A stretch of 32,000 nt of DNA from NCBI RefSeq assembly GCF_049243625.1, contig NZ_CP046975.1; one strand, 5' to 3'. This DNA is from Corynebacterium amycolatum (GTDB lineage Bacteria > Actinomycetota > Actinomycetes > Mycobacteriales > Mycobacteriaceae). The position numbers were made by a program, and so were the translations under genes. The notes beneath the pieces are model-generated. The model was given only the letters and a program-made list of their open reading frames with translations. It was not told where the DNA came from and ran no database searches. This document shows positions 27,340 to 32,000 of the stretch, one piece after another. Numbering within the stretch: the first letter of the stretch is position 1; every line of letters begins with the position of its first letter.

Positions 27340-28557
27340 TTAGAAGCGGAACCAGGGCTTCCAGCCACGCCGACGACGAGGCTTTTCCGGTTCACCGGAT
27401 TCTTCGCTTTCTGCCTGCTCTTCCCGAGGCTGCTCTTCCCGGGGCTGTTCAGACTCAGGCTGTTCGGCAGTTTCGTCTGCAGAAAACTCCGCAGACTTAT
27501 CATCCGCCGAGGTCGACTCGGGTTCTTCCGACTGTGCGTCAGCGTCCTCTGATGTAGTTGCCGAGGAATCCGCGTTGGCCGGGGTTTCCGCCTCGGTGTC
27601 AAGCGAGGAAGAGTCCTCTACTGGACGCAGCGGTTGGGAAGCGAGAAACTTCTCGAACTCAGCGCCAATCTCGTCGGCCGAAGGCATCTCGCCGTTAGGC
27701 CCAAGCAGGGGAGACGTCTCCAGCTCTTGACGACGTTGAACTTCCTGGTCGTACTGTTCCTCGAGAAGATTGACCAGCTGAGAGACCTCGCCGGAATCAT
27801 TCGTCTGCGTATTGAGCAGCTCCGCCACCCGCGCGGATTCCTTCTCCAACGCCTCAAGCGGGAGCTTGAGCTTGGCTAGCTTTGCTACCTCCTGCAACAG
27901 CCGCAGTGATGCCAGCGGATACTCAGAGGCCGCGACATAGTGTGGTACCTGCGCGGTGAAACCAAAGGCATCACAACCGCGGCTTGCAAGCTCGTACTCA
28001 ATGTTCAGGCTCGCAGCACCCGGAACCGTGACGCGGTTGCCCCAGGTATGCATATCACTGAGTTTCCGCTTATCTGTGCCATGGGCGATGATGCCCAGCG
28101 GTCGGGTGTGCGGAACCGTCATCGGCGCCGAGTACAGTGACACGGTCCGACCGACATCGTAGCGCTTAGCCAAATCTGCGACCGCAGTCGAGAAAGCCTC
28201 CCACCGCATGTCTGGCTCGGGGCCAGACAGCAGTAAGAACGGCTTGCCGACGTTGTCGCGAACCACATTGAGCGACAGGTTCAAATCGGATACATCCACG
28301 ATCTGGTCGCGGTTCATCGTCACAGCGGGACGGCGGGAACGATAATCAATCAGCTCGTCGATAGAAAAGTTCACCAATGGACGGTGCTCGAGAGCATCCA
28401 AGAGGAAACTAGCTGATTCCGAGACTGCATTACCGGCATCCGCATAACCGCTAAGCGCAATGACCAGGGTCAGATGCCCCTCGCTTCCCGTTACGTCAGG
28501 AACCGGGAAAACTACCTCGTACATATTGCCCTGAGGCTTGTCGGTCGGATCACTCAC
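27340..28557 (-). CDS. PAC2-family protein with an acidic low-complexity C-terminal tail
   Basis: 405 aa. GTG start after GGAGG. The N-terminal ~290 aa look like an actinobacterial PAC2 domain (LVIALSGYADAGNAV..., LLLSGPEPDMRWE). The tail is Asp/Glu/Ser-rich and ends RRRRGWKPWFRF. The stop lies 18 nt upstream of the helicase start. Confidence 0.78.
   Translation of the reverse strand: MSDPTDKPQGNMYEVVFPVPDVTGSEGHLTLVIALSGYADAGNAVSESASFLLDALEHRPLVNFSIDELIDYRSRRPAVTMNRDQIVDVSDLNLSLNVVRDNVGKPFLLLSGPEPDMRWEAFSTAVADLAKRYDVGRTVSLYSAPMTVPHTRPLGIIAHGTDKRKLSDMHTWGNRVTVPGAASLNIEYELASRGCDAFGFTAQVPHYVAASEYPLASLRLLQEVAKLAKLKLPLEALEKESARVAELLNTQTNDSGEVSQLVNLLEEQYDQEVQRRQELETSPLLGPNGEMPSADEIGAEFEKFLASQPLRPVEDSSSLDTEAETPANADSSATTSEDADAQSEEPESTSADDKSAEFSADETAEQPESEQPREEQPREEQAESEESGEPEKPRRRRGWKPWFRF
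27415..27474. repeat. 15-bp tandem repeat (about 4 units) inside the PAC2 tail
   Basis: CTGCTCTTCCCGAGG / CTGCTCTTCCCGGGG / CTGTTCAGACTCAGG / CTGTTCGGCAGTTTC. On the minus strand it encodes AEQPE-SEQPR-EEQPR-EEQAE. Confidence 0.8.
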
Positions 28558-28786
28558 GTACGACTACCTCCTGCATCACATTTTTCGTCATTTGAAGTAA
28601 GCAACCAGGATACCGCAGAAAATATTCCAGTTATCCACAAGTCGAAAGTAGTCCACAGATGCGCCGATTCTTCCGGTCGCGCACAAGCAAGGCTGTTGCG
28701 GATTCGATAACAATGAGAGCCACCAGATGGCGAGAGGATTGTCCGCTGTCGAGCTATCCCAATGGGGGAAAAGGGGTAAGGAATCA

Positions 28787-29899
28787 ATGGGAAACAAAAA
28801 GAATTTCGGTGCAGGAAAGATGCCTGAAATTGAGCCGAGTGTCTTTCTGACGAACCTGCCAGGAATCGTTGGATTCTATCCGCGGGGGCAGGTAGTGATT
28901 GCGGCGTTGTACCGTCAGCAGGTCGAAGATTTCATCGACGGCAAGGTCGAGTTTGACCCGACAGCGCATGCTGGCCCGATGCTGATCAAGGATGTGGCCT
29001 CGATGGAGAGCAATCCTGACTTGGTGCGGGCAGCTGCGGACTTCTTGCTCGATGAAGGCTGCACTCACGCAGATGTGTTTATCATCGACGAATCCTGGGG
29101 GATTGAAAAGGACTCGACACCTATTACAGGCTGGCTGCGAGAAGGCGGTCTGCATGAGGTGCGTTTGGCGGGCGTTGCCACTATTGCTGCGGGGGAAGTT
29201 GTCACGGACGAGCAGGGAGAGATTGTCGGCATTGTCGGTGACAGTCTGATGACCGAGAATGCAAATCTAATCTCTCGGCAGGGAGAACAGATTTTCAAAA
29301 ACTATGAGGAGTACCGCAGTTATTTTCGAGGTGGTCAATTCCGCGACAGTAAAGATAGGGCTCTGATTGAACGCCTCCGGGAACGAGCGATAGCCGTTGA
29401 GCAGCCGAGGAAGCTCAAAATTGGTTCGGACAATCCCGCGCTCATTGAGCACTTCGACATGCTAAAAACCGCCGTCGAAAACGTGGCCGATGGTGTGATG
29501 GAAGCACATGAGGCGGTGCGCGATGAAAACGCAGGATATGCCATTGCTGCAGCACTGACCAACGTTACCTTGCGCGATATGTCCATGATTTTCATCACTA
29601 CGCAGTTGGCGCAAGCAATGGGAGAAATCTGGCGCGAGGCCGCAATTGTCCACCGCGGCAGCCTGCGTGCAAACGCTTTAGCGTGTTTTGCCATCGCAAA
29701 GTTCGCGGCTGGACTGGAGAACTATGCGCAAACAGCCCTCGATGAGGCAGCGAGGGAGCAACCGAATCATTCACTGACTCAGTTGCTGGAAATTGCGGTC
29801 GCCAATCAAATTGTGCCGAGGTGCGTCGGCACAATTCTTGGGGCAGCACAAGAGGTACTGCGCAGGGTATACAAGGTGAAAATGCCGCGAATTGAATAG
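28787..29899 (+). CDS. DUF4192 family protein (function unknown)
   Basis: ATG 28787 after AAGGA. The N-terminus LTNLPGIVGFYPRGQVVIAAL and the C-terminus ALDEAAREQPNHSLTQLLEIAVANQIVP resemble the conserved ends of DUF4192 as I recall them. Confidence 0.7.
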   Translation: MGNKKNFGAGKMPEIEPSVFLTNLPGIVGFYPRGQVVIAALYRQQVEDFIDGKVEFDPTAHAGPMLIKDVASMESNPDLVRAAADFLLDEGCTHADVFIIDESWGIEKDSTPITGWLREGGLHEVRLAGVATIAAGEVVTDEQGEIVGIVGDSLMTENANLISRQGEQIFKNYEEYRSYFRGGQFRDSKDRALIERLRERAIAVEQPRKLKIGSDNPALIEHFDMLKTAVENVADGVMEAHEAVRDENAGYAIAAALTNVTLRDMSMIFITTQLAQAMGEIWREAAIVHRGSLRANALACFAIAKFAAGLENYAQTALDEAAREQPNHSLTQLLEIAVANQIVPRCVGTILGAAQEVLRRVYKVKMPRIE

Positions 29900-29925
29900 C
29901 GACCCTGCAAGCTGTGCTGCCGTAC

Positions 29926-30909
29926 CTAGCGGTGCGCCGAGTGGGCTCGGTCGCCGAGGGTCTTGGTGTACTCCCATGCATCGGCGACGATGGTTTCCAG
30001 CTCCGTGTGATTGGGCTTCCATCCGAGCTCGTCCATGGCACGCTGGGAAGAGGCAATAAGAGTTGCCGGATCACCGGCTCTGCGCGGTGCATCCTCAGCG
30101 GGAATCGGGTGACCGGTGACCTTACGGCAGGTCTCGATGACCTGGCGAACCGAAAAGCCGTCGCCAGAACCGAGGTTAAAGATACGGTGCGTACCCGGCG
30201 CGTTGGACTCCAGTGCCAATACGTGCGCATCCGCGAGGTCTTTGATGTGGATGTAGTCACGAACCGCGGTGCCGTCCGGAGTCGGCCAGTCATTGCCAAA
30301 GACCATAATCTTGTCGCGATGACCAAGCGCAACCTGGAGTACCAGTGGAATGAGGTGAGTTTCTACCTCACGGTTTTCGCCAAAACCGTCCCAGGCACCC
30401 GCCACATTGAAGTAACGCAAGCTGGTAGCGCCGATGTTGTATGCCTTGGCGTAAGACGCGATGGCGTAGTCCATGGCCAGCTTAGTGGCACCGTAAGGGT
30501 TAGTCGGTGCGGTTGGCATGTCTTCGGTAATTGGTGTCTTCTCTGGCTCACCGTAGGTTGCGGCTGTCGAAGAGAACACCAAGCTATTCGTACCGGTATC
30601 ACGCATCGCGTCGAGTAGCTTCAGGGTTTGGCCCACATTGTTGTGCCAGTAGTCGGAAGGAACTTCGACGGACTCGCCAACAAGCGATTTCGCAGCGAAA
30701 TGAACGACACCGTCGAAGCTGTCGGAGGACAGAACCTCGTAGGCCTTGTCCGCCACATCACCTTCGACTAGGGTTGCGCCCTCCGGTACCGCATCACGGT
30801 TGCCAACAGAGAAGTTGTCCAGAATGGTGACGTCGTGGCCAAGAGAAATCAATACTGCCGAGCAAACGCTACCGACGTAGCCGGCACCACCAGTGACTAG
30901 GAGTTTCAT
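29926..30909 (-). CDS. galE: UDP-glucose 4-epimerase
   Basis: 327 aa. Rossmann motif [14 protein letters not shown] and catalytic YGATK. 4-bp overlap with the dtxR stop. Confidence 0.95.
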   Translation of the reverse strand: MKLLVTGGAGYVGSVCSAVLISLGHDVTILDNFSVGNRDAVPEGATLVEGDVADKAYEVLSSDSFDGVVHFAAKSLVGESVEVPSDYWHNNVGQTLKLLDAMRDTGTNSLVFSSTAATYGEPEKTPITEDMPTAPTNPYGATKLAMDYAIASYAKAYNIGATSLRYFNVAGAWDGFGENREVETHLIPLVLQVALGHRDKIMVFGNDWPTPDGTAVRDYIHIKDLADAHVLALESNAPGTHRIFNLGSGDGFSVRQVIETCRKVTGHPIPAEDAPRRAGDPATLIASSQRAMDELGWKPNHTELETIVADAWEYTKTLGDRAHSAHR

Positions 30910-31586
30910 TTGGTAATCACCATGATCGCGTGAGACAGAGTATCTGGAATGTCGAGAGAATGATCACCGCGGGCAAGAGTCACGCGGCCAGCGGCAACCT
31001 CGGCAAGTGCTTCAGTACCCGGCATAATTCCGGCCTTGTGGAGACGCTTCATGTAGCTCTGCTCGACCTGCAGGATTTCGTTAATCTGGACGATTTCAAT
31101 CGTGTACTCACCGGGGTTTAGGTCGGAGAGCCGGCGAACGTTCTCTAACGGCTTTGGTGACTGAGTTCCACCGAGGTCTTCCAAACCGGGGATCGGGTTG
31201 CCGAATGGGGAGCGTGTGTAAGAGTCGAGCACGTCGAGAAGTTTGCGCTCGACCTCGTCACTCATTACGTGCTCCCAGCGGCAGGCTTCATCGTGAACCT
31301 TGTCCCATTCGAGGCCAATGACATCCGTAAGTAGGCGCTCAGCTAGGCGGTGCTTACGCATGACAGCTGTGGCCAGCCTGCGGCCCTCGTCGGAAAGCTG
31401 CAAGCTGCGATCTGGGGCAACTACAAGAAGGCCATCGCGCTCCATGCGCGCAACGGTTTGGCTAACGGTCGGCCCCGACTGCTCAAGGCGTTCGGCAATG
31501 CGAGCACGCAAAGGAATGATGCCCTCTTCTTCGAGTTCGAAAATCGTACGTAAGTACATTTCCGTGGTGTCAACCAAATCCCTCAC
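30906..31586 (-). CDS. dtxR: Iron-dependent repressor DtxR
   Basis: 226 aa. GTG start after [28 protein letters not shown]...[27 protein letters not shown]...[12 protein letters not shown]...[17 protein letters not shown] nearly matches my recollection of C. diphtheriae DtxR. C-terminal SH3-like domain. Confidence 0.95.
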   Translation of the reverse strand: MRDLVDTTEMYLRTIFELEEEGIIPLRARIAERLEQSGPTVSQTVARMERDGLLVVAPDRSLQLSDEGRRLATAVMRKHRLAERLLTDVIGLEWDKVHDEACRWEHVMSDEVERKLLDVLDSYTRSPFGNPIPGLEDLGGTQSPKPLENVRRLSDLNPGEYTIEIVQINEILQVEQSYMKRLHKAGIMPGTEALAEVAAGRVTLARGDHSLDIPDTLSHAIMVITK

Positions 31587-31783
31587 GGTTTTCCTCCGAT
31601 AACGCAGTCTTAAAAGTTTTCACTCAAGTATTAGGATAACCACATTTGCGTAAGAAAGATGTTAGGGCTCGCAAATCCAGTGGCTGTGGTGCTGATTAGG
31701 CAGCGAAAAGCTTGGTTCGGTGGGCGCTGCTGAGATGTAAGGGAGCGTACGCGATGTCGAAAGTTCGACTTGCAGTCGAAAAC

Positions 31784-31825
31784 GCCGACCGCCAGTGTGG
31801 ATGAAACTCCCGCACGGGGGTCGGC
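31784..31825 (-). terminator. Candidate sigB terminator
   Basis: On the minus strand: GCCGACC...GGTCGGC stem (an inner CCCG/CGGG pair is possible) followed by GTTTTCG. The loop is long at about 28 nt. Confidence 0.45.
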
Positions 31826-31890
31826 ATTGCAGTCCAGCTCTATCTCAGGGCTGAAATTGGGAACCCTATCGATGTCACCGCCATGTGGCG

Positions 31891-32000
31891 TTAGTTTGCG
31901 TACTCACGCAGCTTGTCAGCACGGTCTCCCTCGCGCAGCTTGGACATAACTTCCCGCTCAATCTGGCGGACGCGCTCGCGAGACAGGCCGAAGTGGCGGC
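31891..32000 (-). CDS. sigB: Sigma factor SigB, 3' end (truncated by the window edge)
   Basis: Minus-strand translation ...RHFGLSRERVRQIEREVMSKLREGDRADKLREYAN* is a sigma-70 region 4.2 HTH. It sits upstream of dtxR-galE, as in other corynebacteria. Confidence 0.85.
   Translation of the reverse strand, partial: RHFGLSRERVRQIEREVMSKLREGDRADKLREYAN

Noticed and set aside
29598-30618. 244-aa (minus) and 234-aa (plus) ORFs spanning the DUF4192/galE junction and the galE body
   Set aside because: They are alternative frames of galE and DUF4192. Both real genes are well supported, and these frames are Arg/Pro/Ser-rich with no motifs.
31754-31804. A 16-codon plus-strand micro-ORF (MSKVRLAVENADRQCG) preceded by AAGGGAG at good spacing
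   Set aside because: It is antisense to the sigB-dtxR transcription direction, overlaps the putative sigB terminator and has no supporting promoter. ORFs this small arise by chance.
1-32000. A search for CRISPR arrays, IS/transposase or integrase genes, phage genes, toxin-antitoxin pairs, tRNA/rRNA genes and long direct repeats
   Set aside because: I found none by reading both strands. The only repeats are short terminator hairpins, the 21073-21153 inverted repeat and the 15-bp tandem repeat in the PAC2 tail. A computational repeat or tRNA scan could still find elements I missed by eye.

Overview
The window reads as a conserved chromosomal backbone segment of a Corynebacterium-like actinobacterium, about 90% coding. 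The assignment rests on a DtxR whose N-terminal half closely matches my recollection of C. diphtheriae DtxR, and on gene order. I support 28 CDS (two truncated at the window edges). I found no rRNA or tRNA genes, CRISPR arrays, transposases, integrases or phage genes.

Gene order, left to right:
- (feoA?)-feoB-feoC-like, then hflX and an NCS2 nucleobase permease
- ptsH, fruA (EIIABC), pfkB and fruR on the minus strand
- lexA, divergent from a DivS-like gene followed by nrdR
- hrpA, trhO and a DUF1846 gene
- a Tat-secreted neutral ceramidase and a low-complexity membrane protein
- ahpD and ahpC, divergent from oxyR
- a DUF3516 Ski2-like helicase and a PAC2-family gene, divergent from a DUF4192 gene
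- galE, dtxR and the sigB 3' end

As far as I recall, the sigB-dtxR-galE ... oxyR ... hrpA-nrdR-divS-lexA ... fruR-pfkB-ptsF-ptsH-permease-hflX order matches C. glutamicum. By that comparison the feo genes, the trhO/DUF1846/ceramidase/membrane-protein block and ahpCD look like lineage-variable insertions.

No classical defense or mobile island is visible. The best candidates for undescribed biology are:
1. The conserved but functionally unassigned PAC2 + DUF3516 helicase operon, divergent from DUF4192. The PAC2 protein carries an unusual acidic repeat tail.
2. A FeoC-like Cys-cluster protein downstream of feoB in an actinobacterium.
3. The divergent DUF1846 / Tat-ceramidase / membrane-protein block.
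4. A dense array of TCGAA(C) LexA half-sites in a 359-bp lexA/divS-like spacer.

All protein calls come from motif and family recognition by eye. No BLAST, HMM or folding computation was run, and start codons are approximate where noted.
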